A stretch of 64,000 nt of DNA from NCBI GenBank assembly GCA_963762555.1, contig CAVXLO010000032.1:22392-86391 (forward strand), in the 5' to 3' direction. This document shows, piece by piece, positions 19,120 to 27,619 of this stretch (position 1 is the first letter of the stretch; each line of letters opens with the position of its first letter). Made by a program: the position numbers and the translations under genes. The notes under the pieces were generated by a model. The model had not been told where the DNA came from and searched no databases. It was given only the letters and a program-made list of their open reading frames with translations. The stretch is from an uncultured Verrucomicrobiae bacterium (GTDB lineage: Bacteria > Verrucomicrobiota > Verrucomicrobiia > Limisphaerales > UBA8199).

Positions 19120-21066
19120 TCAGGGAGACTCCGCCCGGAAGAATTGGGTGCCGCTCAGCGGCGAAATAGTGACATGGTTCTCCGCGCCGACTTGGGTGAT
19201 CGCATTTGTAACGGTGGTCCACTCGCCCGCGGCCAGGTTGGTGGTCTGAGACAGGCGCAGGGTTGGGTACCACACCGGCCAGACGACGTCGGCGCTGAAA
19301 GGGCTTAAGCGGGCAATTCGCACTGCCGGAGCGTATGGAGAATAGGACCAAGTGTCAGAAAGGTACTGACTGCTGCCACCGTCTCCCCCAAAGAGGATCA
19401 TCTCGCTCCCGGTCCACACCGCCGTGTGAAAATAGCGGGCGACAGGCGCGTCGGCGCTCGGTACCGCCGTCCAACTGTTGCCCACTGGATTGTAGCGCCC
19501 GCCGTCTGCATAGGGGGTCCCGTTGTTGAACCCGCCCCAGACGACCATCTCACTGCCGGTCCACACCGCTGTATGGTACTGGCGCGGGCCGGGCGCGCCG
19601 ATAGTGGACAGGGCCGCCCAGCGATCGGCGGCTGGATTGTAGCGCCCGCCGTTATTGAGATAGCGGCTAGTGCTGGCGTTATATCCACCCCAGGTGATCA
19701 TCTCGGTCCCCGTCCAAACCGCCGTGTGCGAAAAGCGCTCGCTGGGCGCGCCGTTAGTCGGTATTGCCGTCCAAGTGTTGGCTGCGGGATCGTAGCGCCC
19801 GCCGTCGTTGTAATAGCCTCTAACCTTCGCTCCACCCCAGATGACCATCTCGGTACCCGTCCACACCGCGGTGTGACCACTGCGGGCAGCGGGCGCCCCA
19901 GTGGCGGTCACTATAGCCCAACTGTTAAGAGCCGGATTGTAACGCCCGCCGTCGTTCAACTGGCCGGTGAACGTAGAGAAGATGTATCCATATCCGCCCC
20001 AGACGATCATCTCGCTGCCCGTCCACACCGCTGTGTGGTAGTCACGCCCAGTGGGCGCACCGGTCGTCGGTAGTGACGCCCAACTGTTGGCTGTTGGATT
20101 GTAGCGCCCGCCATCGTTGGAGTAGCCGGTGCCGCTCATTCCGGCCCAGACGATCATCTCGCTGCCTGTCCACACTGCTGAATGGTTTAGCCGCTTGGCC
20201 GGCGCGCCGATGGTAGGCAAGGTCGTCCAAGTGTTGGCCGCGGGATTGTAGCGCCCCCCGTCGTTTAAGGCACCCCCCCCGTTCTGTCCGCCCCAGACGA
20301 TCATCTCGCTCCCTGTCCACACTGCTGTATGATAACGGCGCGCGACCGGCGAACTGCTAGAGGTCCGTTGTGCCCAAAGGCCGACGGGCAGTTTGATGAG
20401 GACGGCGCCAGCGTCGAAGGTGTAGCCGCCATAGGCCGTTTGGGTGAACGGGTTCCAGCCTTGGGTGCCGGTGAGGTCCCCGGCGATGGACTCGGTCGAG
20501 CGGGAGCCGTCAGTCCTGACATAGGTGCCGAAGACCTGGATGGTCGAGCGGACCCCGGGGATCATGCCGATGAGGGCGGCTGGGAAACTGAAGGTGTAGG
20601 GACCGGTGTCGTTGGGGGGAGCCAGGTTGACGCTGCCGAGATTTACCAGGCTGCCGTTGCCGCCGTTGGCCAACTGCCACAGGCTGCCCGACTCGACCGC
20701 CGATGGACCAAGGGCGATGGCATAGTTGGGCCGGAACCCGCTGGCGAAGCTCAGCACGCTGCGGCCCGAGGCGGAGACGCCCGAGATAGCCTGGCAGCGA
20801 TAGTCGCCCTGGTCATTGAAGCCGGCGGTGTCGGCAAAGCCGCCCGGGCCGGACTGAATATAGAGCACCAGCACATCGTTCATGCTGCCGCCGACGGTAA
20901 GTGTGCCAGAGATGTTGGTGCCGTCATCGCTCAGGGTTAGCGTGCCGTTTCCGATGGCGCCGCCGAAGCCGGTGTCGCCGTTGCCGCGGTATGGATCCGC
21001 TCGTGCGGGCCAGGCGGCGAACAACCCCAGGGCCGCGAGAAGGAGGAATGGAATGGTGCTCTTCAT
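19120..21066 (-). CDS. Kelch paralogue B (648 aa), the only uninterrupted copy: signal peptide, N-domain, 7 blades, C-terminal module
   Basis: ORF 19120..21222. I moved the start to ATG 21066 (MKSTIPFLLLAALGLFAAWPARADPYRGNGDTGFGG...) by analogy with the paralogues. I count seven H(T/S)AVWTG..M..(W/F)(G/A)G motifs. It ends QFFRAESP*. Confidence 0.85.
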   Translation of the reverse strand: MKSTIPFLLLAALGLFAAWPARADPYRGNGDTGFGGAIGNGTLTLSDDGTNISGTLTVGGSMNDVLVLYIQSGPGGFADTAGFNDQGDYRCQAISGVSASGRSVLSFASGFRPNYAIALGPSAVESGSLWQLANGGNGSLVNLGSVNLAPPNDTGPYTFSFPAALIGMIPGVRSTIQVFGTYVRTDGSRSTESIAGDLTGTQGWNPFTQTAYGGYTFDAGAVLIKLPVGLWAQRTSSSSPVARRYHTAVWTGSEMIVWGGQNGGGALNDGGRYNPAANTWTTLPTIGAPAKRLNHSAVWTGSEMIVWAGMSGTGYSNDGGRYNPTANSWASLPTTGAPTGRDYHTAVWTGSEMIVWGGYGYIFSTFTGQLNDGGRYNPALNSWAIVTATGAPAARSGHTAVWTGTEMVIWGGAKVRGYYNDGGRYDPAANTWTAIPTNGAPSERFSHTAVWTGTEMITWGGYNASTSRYLNNGGRYNPAADRWAALSTIGAPGPRQYHTAVWTGSEMVVWGGFNNGTPYADGGRYNPVGNSWTAVPSADAPVARYFHTAVWTGSEMILFGGDGGSSQYLSDTWSYSPYAPAVRIARLSPFSADVVWPVWYPTLRLSQTTNLAAGEWTTVTNAITQVGAENHVTISPLSGTQFFRAESP

Positions 21067-21071
21067 AGTGT

Positions 21072-21113
21072 GTAGTCCGCAGTCCGTAGTCCGTAGTCCG
21101 TCGTCAGTAGTCC
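21072..21113. repeat. Heptanucleotide array (GTAGTCC)n, 6 units, filling the Kelch C/B intergenic spacer
   Basis: gtagtcc gcagtcc gtagtcc gtagtcc gtcgtca gtagtcc. It lies between the stop of gene C (21120) and the ATG of gene B (21066). Confidence 0.9.
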
Positions 21114-21119
21114 AGTTCG

Positions 21120-21785
21120 TTAGGGATACTCCGCTCGGAAGAACTGGCTCCCGATCAGGGGCGACAGGGTGACGCGGTTCTCCGAGCCGATCCGGGTGAC
21201 CGCATTGGTGACGGTGGTCCATTGGCCCGAGGCCAGGTTAGTAGTCCGGCACAGGCGCAGCGTGCTGGACCACACCGGCCAGGCAACGTCGGCGCTGTTG
21301 GGACCGGACCGCGACATCCGCACCGCAGGCGCGTAGGGATAATAGGACCACGTGTCAGACAGGCAACCGCTATCGCCGTATCCTCCAAAGAGGATCATCT
21401 GGCCGCCGGTCCACACCGCCGTGTGATGGTAGCGGGCGGGGGGCGCGCTCGTGCTCTGCACTGCCACCCAACTGTTGCCCGCCGGGTTGTAACGCCCGCC
21501 GTCGTTCAAGCAAACACCGCTGTGGTATCCGCCCCAGACAATCATCTCGCTGCCAGTCCACACCGCAGTATGCGCATAACGTGCGCCGGGGGCGCCCGAG
21601 GTCGCCACCGCCGTCCAGCCATTGCCCGCGGGACTGTAGCGCCCACCGTCGTTTAGATAGACCGAACTGCCGCCATAGCAGTATCCACCCCAGACGATCA
21701 TTTCACTGCCCGTCCAGACCGCTGTGTGATTAACGCGTGCGGCGGGCGCGCCGTTGGTGGGTAAAGCCGTCCAACTGTTGGCCAT
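21120..21785 (-). CDS. Kelch paralogue C, fragment 4/4: blades 12-14 and the C-terminal module
   Basis: ...GDGARYNP(M)ANSWTALPTNGAPAARVNHTAVWTGSEMIVWGG... to ...TTNLASGQWTTVTNAVTRIGSENRVTLSPLIGSQFFRAEYP*. Confidence 0.75.
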   Translation of the reverse strand: MANSWTALPTNGAPAARVNHTAVWTGSEMIVWGGYCYGGSSVYLNDGGRYSPAGNGWTAVATSGAPGARYAHTAVWTGSEMIVWGGYHSGVCLNDGGRYNPAGNSWVAVQSTSAPPARYHHTAVWTGGQMILFGGYGDSGCLSDTWSYYPYAPAVRMSRSGPNSADVAWPVWSSTLRLCRTTNLASGQWTTVTNAVTRIGSENRVTLSPLIGSQFFRAEYP

Positions 21786-22791
21786 GGGATTGTAGCGCGC
21801 GCCGTCGCCATAGGTACTTCGTGTTGTTGCATCCGCCCCAGACCATCATCTCGCCGTCCGTCCAGACCGCCGTGTGACCATAGCGCGCGGCGGGCGCACC
21901 GTTGGTGGGTAGGGTCGTCCAACTGTTGGCTGCCGAACTGTAGCGCCCGCCGTCGTTTAAGTACCCGCCGCTGTTACCTCCGCCCCAGATGATCATCTCG
22001 TTGCCCGTCCACACCGCTGTGTGCCGATAGCGGCCCGCAGGCGCGCCGTTGGTAGGCAAGCCCGTCCAGTTGTTGGCCGCGGGATTGTAGCGCGCGCCGT
22101 CCCCATAATAAGTGAAGTTCAGGTTTCCACCCCAGACGATCATTTCGCTGCCTGTCCAGACCGCCGAGTGAAAATAGCGCGCGGCCAGCGCGCCGCTGGT
22201 GGGCAGAGCTGTCCAACTGTTGGCCGCCGGATTGTACCGCCCACCGTCGTTGAAATAGACGACGCCGTTGTATCCCCCCCAGACGATCATTTCGCTGCCG
22301 GTCCACACCGCCGTGTGATCGTAGCGGGCGGGGGGCGTGCCAGGCACTGCCATCCAACTGTTGGCCGCCGCGTCGTAGCGCGCGCCGTCGTTCAGGTCTC
22401 TGCTGCCGTCGTATCCGCCCCAGACAATCATCTCGCTGCCCGTCCACACCGCCGTATGTCCCCAGCGCGCAGCCGCCGCTGTGGTAGGCAGGGCCGTCCA
22501 ACTGTCGGCGGCTGGATTGTAGCGCCCGCCGTCATTCAAAAGGCCGCTGCTGCCGGATCCACCCCAGACCATCATTTCGCTGCCGGTCCACACTGCCGTG
22601 TGATAAGAGCGCGCGGCGGGCGCACCCGTCATTGGTACCGCCGCCCAACTGTCGAGCGTGGGATTGTAGCGCCCGCCGTCGTTTAAACACTGCCGCCCAC
22701 TCCGCCCCAGACAATCATTTCGCTGCCCGTCCACACCGCCGTGTGGTACCCGCGTGCGGCGGGCGCGCCGTTGGTGGGTAAGGCCGTCCAA
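21730..22791 (-). CDS. Kelch paralogue C, fragment 3/4: blades 6-11
   Basis: The sensible part runs from ...CLNDGGRYNPTLDSWAAVPMTGAPAARSYHTAVWTGSEMMVWGG to ...GHTAVWTDGEMMVWGGCNNTKY. The break is near 21818. Confidence 0.75.
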   Translation of the reverse strand: MDGLTHQRRARRTRVPHGGVDGQRNDCLGRSGRQCLNDGGRYNPTLDSWAAVPMTGAPAARSYHTAVWTGSEMMVWGGSGSSGLLNDGGRYNPAADSWTALPTTAAAARWGHTAVWTGSEMIVWGGYDGSRDLNDGARYDAAANSWMAVPGTPPARYDHTAVWTGSEMIVWGGYNGVVYFNDGGRYNPAANSWTALPTSGALAARYFHSAVWTGSEMIVWGGNLNFTYYGDGARYNPAANNWTGLPTNGAPAGRYRHTAVWTGNEMIIWGGGNSGGYLNDGGRYSSAANSWTTLPTNGAPAARYGHTAVWTDGEMMVWGGCNNTKYLWRRRALQSHGQQLDGFTHQRRARRTR

Positions 22792-23273
22792 CTGTTGGCC
22801 ATGGGATTGTAGCGCCCGCCGTCATTGAAATAGCCGCCGCCGTTGCTTCCGCCCCAGACGATCATCTCGCTGCCCGTCCACACCGCCGTGAGCGACTGGC
22901 GCCCGGGTGGCGCGCCGCTGGTGGGCAGGGCCGTCCAACTGTTGGTCGCCGGATCGTAGCGCCCGCCGTCGTTGAAAAAGACGTAGCCGTTGCTGTAGCA
23001 ATATCCGCCCCAAACGATCATCTCGCTGCCCGTCCACACTGCCGTGTGGTGCTGGCGTGCGGCGGGCGCGCCGTTGGTGGGTAAGGCCGTCCAACTGTTG
23101 GCCACGGGATTGTAGCGCCCGCCGTCATTGAAATAGCCGCCGCCGTTGCTTCCGCCCCAGACGATCATCTCGGTGCCTGTCCATGCCGCGGTGTGATATT
23201 CACGTGCTGCGGGAGCGCCGGTGGTGGGCAGCGGCGTCCAAGCATTGGCCACGGGATCGTAACGCGCCGCCAT
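22683..23273 (-). CDS. Kelch paralogue C, fragment 2/4: blades 2-5
   Basis: (MA)ARYDPVANAWTPLPTTGAPAAREYHTAAWTGTEMIVWGG... The break near 22688 falls at a tttaaa run (GGSV / LNDGGRYNP). Confidence 0.75.
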   Translation of the reverse strand: MAARYDPVANAWTPLPTTGAPAAREYHTAAWTGTEMIVWGGSNGGGYFNDGGRYNPVANSWTALPTNGAPAARQHHTAVWTGSEMIVWGGYCYSNGYVFFNDGGRYDPATNSWTALPTSGAPPGRQSLTAVWTGSEMIVWGGSNGGGYFNDGGRYNPMANSWTALPTNGAPAARGYHTAVWTGSEMIVWGGVGGSV

Positions 23274-24075
23274 CGTTGAAATAGCTGCTGCTGCCGTGGT
23301 CTCCGCCCCACAGGATCATCTCGCTGCCCGTCCAGATTGCTGTGTGCATAGAGCGCCCTGCCGGTGAGTAGGGCCGCTGCGCCCAAACGCCCAGGGGCAG
23401 CTTGACGAGAACCGCTCCGGCATGAAAGGTGTAGCTGGCATAGGCAGTCTGGCTGACAGGGTTCCAGCCTTGGGTGCCGGTGAGGTTGCCGACGATGGCC
23501 TCGGTCGAGCGGTAGCCGTTGGTGGAGACGTAAGTGCCGAAAAGCTGGAAGGTAGAGCGCACGCCCGGGATCATGCCGATCAGGGCCGCCGGGAAGCTGA
23601 AGGTGTAAGGGCCGGAGTCGTTGAGTGGCGCCAGATTGATGCCGCCCAGATACAACAGGCTATTGGTGTCCCCATTGGCCAACTGCCATACGCCCCCCGT
23701 GCCCCCTGCCGCCGGAGCCAGGGCGATGGCGTAGTTGGGCTGGAATCCACTGGCGAAGGTCAGCAGGCTGCGGCCCGAGGCGGAGACGCCCGAAATGGCC
23801 TGGCAGCGGTAGTCGCCCTGGTCGTTGAAACCGGAGGTGTCGGCGAAGCCGCCCGGGCCGGATTGAATATAGAGCACCAGCACGTCATTCATGCTGCCGC
23901 CGACGGTGAGCGTGCCGGAGATGTTGGTGCCGTCATCAGTCAAGGTGAGCGTGCCGTTGCCGATGGCGCCGCCGAAGCCGGTATTGCCGTTGCCGTGGTA
24001 TTGCTCCCCTTGCGCTGGCCAGGCCGCCAGCAACAAAAGGGCATTGAGAAAGAGGAATCTGCTAATCGTCTTCAC
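23200..24075 (-). CDS. Kelch paralogue C, fragment 1/4: signal peptide, N-domain and blade 1
   Basis: MKTISRFLFLNALLLLAAWPAQGEQYHGNGNTGFGGAIGNGTLTLTDDGT... to ...MHTAIWTGSEMILWGG. The frame breaks near 23270. Confidence 0.75.
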   Translation of the reverse strand: MKTISRFLFLNALLLLAAWPAQGEQYHGNGNTGFGGAIGNGTLTLTDDGTNISGTLTVGGSMNDVLVLYIQSGPGGFADTSGFNDQGDYRCQAISGVSASGRSLLTFASGFQPNYAIALAPAAGGTGGVWQLANGDTNSLLYLGGINLAPLNDSGPYTFSFPAALIGMIPGVRSTFQLFGTYVSTNGYRSTEAIVGNLTGTQGWNPVSQTAYASYTFHAGAVLVKLPLGVWAQRPYSPAGRSMHTAIWTGSEMILWGGDHGSSSYFNDGGALRSRGQCLDAAAHHRRSRST

Positions 24076-24140
24076 GGTGTGAGGGTTTAGGATTCACGAT
24101 ATGCGGTTTGCGATTGGTCGGTAGTCAGCACTTCATTGGG

Positions 24141-25214
24141 CTACGGATACTCGGCCCGGAAGAATTGCCTGCCGCTTAGCGGCGAAACGGTGACGTGGTT
24201 CTCGGAGCCGTCCTGAGTGGCTGCATTGGTGACGGTAGTCCATTGGCCGGAGGCAAGGTTAGTAGTCTGGCACAGACGCAGAGGGCTGGACCACACCGGC
24301 CAGGCGACGTCGGTACTGGTGGGGCTGGAGCGGGAAATCCGCACTGCCGGTGCATAGGGATAATAGGACCAGGGGTCAGCGAGGTAAACACCGCCGCCCT
24401 TAGATCCTCCAAATACAATCATTTCGCTGCCCGTCCACACCGCTGTGTGAAAGTAACGAGGGGCGGGCGCGCCGGCGGTCGGCATTGCCGCCCAACTATT
24501 GGCTGCGGGACTGTAGCGCCCGCCGTCGTTTAGCAAGCTGCCGTTGTGATAGCCGCCCCAGACGATCATTTCGCTACCTGTCCAGATCGCCGTGTGTCCA
24601 TAGCGTCCGGCAGGCCCGCTGGAGGCGGGCAGGCTCACCCAGCCATTGGCCACCGGATCGTAGCGTCCGCCGTCGTCGAAATAGGTGGCGGCGCCATTCC
24701 ATCCACCCCAGACGATCATCTCGCCGCCCGTCCAGACCGCCGTGGGGTAAAAACGCGCGGAGGGAGCGCCCGCGGTCGGCACTGCCGCCCAACTGTTGGC
24801 CGTCGGATTGAAGCGTCCACCGTTGTTTAAGTAGCCGGTGGTCGCGTTGTATCCGCCCCAGACGATCATCTCGCTGCCGGTCCACACCGCCGTGTGCGCA
24901 TAACGGGCGGCGGGCGCGCCAGTGGTGGGCACCGCCGTCCAAGCATTGCCTGTCGGATTATAACGCCCGCCGTTATTGAAATAGCTGCTGCCTTGCCCAC
25001 CCCAGACGATCATCTCGCTACCGGTCCAGACCGCGGTATGATTCACACGCGCGGCAGGCGCGCCGGTTGTTGGCACCGCCGTCCAACTGTTGGCCACCGG
25101 ATTGTAGCGCCCGCCATCGTTGAAGAGGCTGCTGCCTAGCCCACCCCAGACGATCATCTCGCTGCCCGTCCATATCGCCGTGTGATACTCACGGGCGCCG
25201 GGCGCACCGGTCAT
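24141..25214 (-). CDS. Kelch paralogue D, fragment 2/2: blades 9-14 and the C-terminal module
   Basis: MTGAPGAREYHTAIWTGSEMIVWGG... to ...TTNLASGQWTTVTNAATQDGSENHVTVSPLSGRQFFRAEYP*. A short third frame (SDGGRYNPTANAWSVMN) bridges 25258..25215. Confidence 0.75.
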   Translation of the reverse strand: MTGAPGAREYHTAIWTGSEMIVWGGLGSSLFNDGGRYNPVANSWTAVPTTGAPAARVNHTAVWTGSEMIVWGGQGSSYFNNGGRYNPTGNAWTAVPTTGAPAARYAHTAVWTGSEMIVWGGYNATTGYLNNGGRFNPTANSWAAVPTAGAPSARFYPTAVWTGGEMIVWGGWNGAATYFDDGGRYDPVANGWVSLPASSGPAGRYGHTAIWTGSEMIVWGGYHNGSLLNDGGRYSPAANSWAAMPTAGAPAPRYFHTAVWTGSEMIVFGGSKGGGVYLADPWSYYPYAPAVRISRSSPTSTDVAWPVWSSPLRLCQTTNLASGQWTTVTNAATQDGSENHVTVSPLSGRQFFRAEYP

Positions 25215-25217
25215 GGT

Positions 25218-27164
25218 TCATGACCGACCAGGCGTTGGCGGTCGGATTGTAGCGGCCCCCGTCAGACAGTAGTGGCTGCCCGTAGCCATATCATAGTAAT
25301 ACCCACCCCAAACGATCATCTCGCTGCCGGTCCAGACCGCGGTATGTTCGGAGCGCCCCGTTGGCGACGGGAACGCGGTCCAAGCGTTGGCTATCGGGTT
25401 GTAGCGCCCGCCATCATTCAGGGAGACGGGGCTGCCTCCGCCCCAGATGATCATTTCGCTGCCGGTCCACACCGCCGTGTGCAAAGAGCGCGAGGTGGGC
25501 ACGCCGTTAGTAGGCAGAGTTGACCACGTATTCGCCACCGGATTGTAGCGCCCCCCAGTGTTGAGATAGAAGGCGTTCCAATTTCCTCCCCAGATGACCA
25601 TCTCACTGCCGATCCAGACCGCGGTGTGATTACAGCGAAAGGTAGGTGCACCAGTGGCAGTCAAAGGGGTCCAACTGTCGGCGGTTGGACTATAGCGTCC
25701 GCCGTCGCTGAAATAGGTGCTACCGTTGCGTCCACCCCAGACGAGCATCTCGCTGCCCGTCCATACCGCCGAGTGTAACTCGCGCGCGACAGGCGCGCCA
25801 GCAGTTGGCAGGGCTACCCAACTATTGGCCGTTGGACTGTAGCGCCCGCCGTCGTTCAAGCGGCTGCCGTTGTATCCGCCCCAGATGATCATTTCCGTCC
25901 CGGTCCACACCGCCGTGTGCCACTGTCGGGCGGTCGGCGCGTTGGTGCTTGGGAGCGCGGTCCAACTGTTGGCCGTTGGACTGTAGCGCCCACCGTCGTT
26001 CCGGTAGCTGCCGTCGTATCCGCCCCACACTACCATTTCACTACCGGTCCACACTGCCGTGTGCCGATAACGTGGGGCAGGCGCGTTGGTCGTGGGCAGG
26101 GCTGCCCAAGTGTTGGCCGCTGGATCATAGCGCCCACCGTCGTTCAAATAGCCTCCATTAGATCCACCCCAGACGATCATCTCGGTGCCGCTCCAAACCG
26201 CGGTGTGACCAGCGCGGGCAACGGGCGCACCGGCGGTCGGCAGCGCGGTCCACATATCGGCCGCGGGGTTGTAACGGCCACCATCACTGAAGTAGCTGGC
26301 GCCGTCCCAGCCGGCCCAGACGATCATCTCGCTGCCCGTCCAGATCGCTGTGTGTGAGAAGCGTGCGGCGGGAGAATAACCTGGCCGCTGCATCCAGGCA
26401 CCCCGGGGCAGTTTCACCAGGAGGGCGCCAGCATCAAAGGTATATTCGGCGTACGCGGTTTGGGTGAAGGGATTCCAGCCCTGAATGCCGGTGAGGTCCC
26501 CGGCGATGGCCTCGGTGGAGCGGTAGCCGTTGGTGGAGACGTACGTGCCAAACACCTGGATGGTCGAACGGACGCCGGGGATCATTCCAATGAGAGCAGC
26601 CGGGAAGCTGAAGGTGTAGGGGCCGGAGTCGTTGAGGGGCGCCAGGTTGACGCTGCCCAGGTACACCAGGCTGTTGCTGCCACCGTTGGCCAACTGCCAC
26701 AGGCCGCTCATGCCGGCCGCCGCCGGAGCCAAGGCAATCGCGTAGTTAGGCCGGAACCCGTTGGCGAAGGTCAGCAGGCTGCGGCCTGACGCGGAAACAC
26801 CCGAAATAGCCTGGCGGCAGGCGTCGCCCTGGTCGTTGAAGCCGGAGGTGTCGGCAAACCCGCCCGGACCTGACTGAACATAGAGGACCAACACGTCATT
26901 CATGCCCCCTCCGACGGTGAGCGTGCCGGAGATGTTGGTGCCGTCGTCGGTCAAGGTGAGCGCGCCGTTGCCGATGGCGCCGCCGAAGCCGATGTCGCCG
27001 TTGCCGTGGTATTGATCGGCTCGCACCGGACCAGCGGCGAGCAGCCCTGCGGCGGCGAAGAGGGCGCCCAACCTGATTCGACTCACCGCCGGTCGCTCCC
27101 TTACAGGTCTGGCGGTGGCGGCCTTGGATTCAAAATGCACGAGTACAGCAGCCCTGGTTTTCAT
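25218..27164 (-). CDS. Kelch paralogue D, fragment 1/2: signal peptide, N-domain and blades 1-8
   Basis: 648-aa ORF. The paralogue-like signal peptide starts at an in-frame GTG at 27086 (VSRIRLGALFAAAGLLAAGPVRADQYHGNGDIGFGG...), so the ATG at 27164 may be too far upstream. Sense is lost after ...VWGGYYYDMATGSHY (~25258). Confidence 0.75.
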   Translation of the reverse strand: MKTRAAVLVHFESKAATARPVRERPAVSRIRLGALFAAAGLLAAGPVRADQYHGNGDIGFGGAIGNGALTLTDDGTNISGTLTVGGGMNDVLVLYVQSGPGGFADTSGFNDQGDACRQAISGVSASGRSLLTFANGFRPNYAIALAPAAAGMSGLWQLANGGSNSLVYLGSVNLAPLNDSGPYTFSFPAALIGMIPGVRSTIQVFGTYVSTNGYRSTEAIAGDLTGIQGWNPFTQTAYAEYTFDAGALLVKLPRGAWMQRPGYSPAARFSHTAIWTGSEMIVWAGWDGASYFSDGGRYNPAADMWTALPTAGAPVARAGHTAVWSGTEMIVWGGSNGGYLNDGGRYDPAANTWAALPTTNAPAPRYRHTAVWTGSEMVVWGGYDGSYRNDGGRYSPTANSWTALPSTNAPTARQWHTAVWTGTEMIIWGGYNGSRLNDGGRYSPTANSWVALPTAGAPVARELHSAVWTGSEMLVWGGRNGSTYFSDGGRYSPTADSWTPLTATGAPTFRCNHTAVWIGSEMVIWGGNWNAFYLNTGGRYNPVANTWSTLPTNGVPTSRSLHTAVWTGSEMIIWGGGSPVSLNDGGRYNPIANAWTAFPSPTGRSEHTAVWTGSEMIVWGGYYYDMATGSHYCLTGAATIRPPTPGRS

Positions 27165-27240
27165 TGGCGCTCCATCTTTGTCTTATCGGGTGGGCGGCGT
27201 CAAGGCTTTTGTGGAACATTGTGCCAGGGGGCCAGGGGGT

Positions 27241-27374
27241 CAGGGCTGTTGACAAAGTCCGCCCTGGGAGCGCCGGCATCCTTGCCGGCACCTGGGAAAA
27301 GCGGAAATATGCCGGCAAGGATGCCGGCGCTCCCAGGGATCTCGCTGTTTGGCCGACTTTGTCAACGGCCCTGG
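27241..27374. repeat. Nested palindromic element related to the core of the 155-bp MITE-like repeat
   Basis: cagggctgttgacaaagtc-cgccctgggagcgccggcatccttgccggca ... tgccggcaaggatgccggcgctcccaggg ... gactttgtcaacggccctg. The inner arms share CCTGGGAGCGCCGGCATCC(C/T)TGCCGGCA with the copies at 48.8 and 60.4 kb. Confidence 0.8.
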
Positions 27375-27494
27375 CCTACCCTTCAATCCGTTGTCCCTGA
27401 TGCGCTTTCATTAACCCGGCTTTACTGGGGGAATCCGAGCCACCCTGAGGCCACCCTGAAGCGCCCCTCAGGCTTACTGGTGGCCAACCGGTAG

Positions 27495-27593
27495 GCACCC
27501 TGAGGCTACCCTGAGGCTACCCCGAGGCTCCACCTGGGCTACCCTGAGGCTCCACCTGGGCTACCCTGAGGCTCCACCTGGGCTACCCCGTGA
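27495..27593. repeat. 11-bp-period tandem array (9 units), alternating ctaccctgagg / ctccacctggg
   Basis: gcaccctgagg ctaccctgagg ctaccccgagg ctccacctggg ctaccctgagg ctccacctggg ctaccctgagg ctccacctggg ctaccccgtga. Two further degenerate units lie at 27441..27462. Confidence 0.9.
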
Positions 27594-27619
27594 CCAGATC
27601 TTTGCCGGACTGCCGGAAC

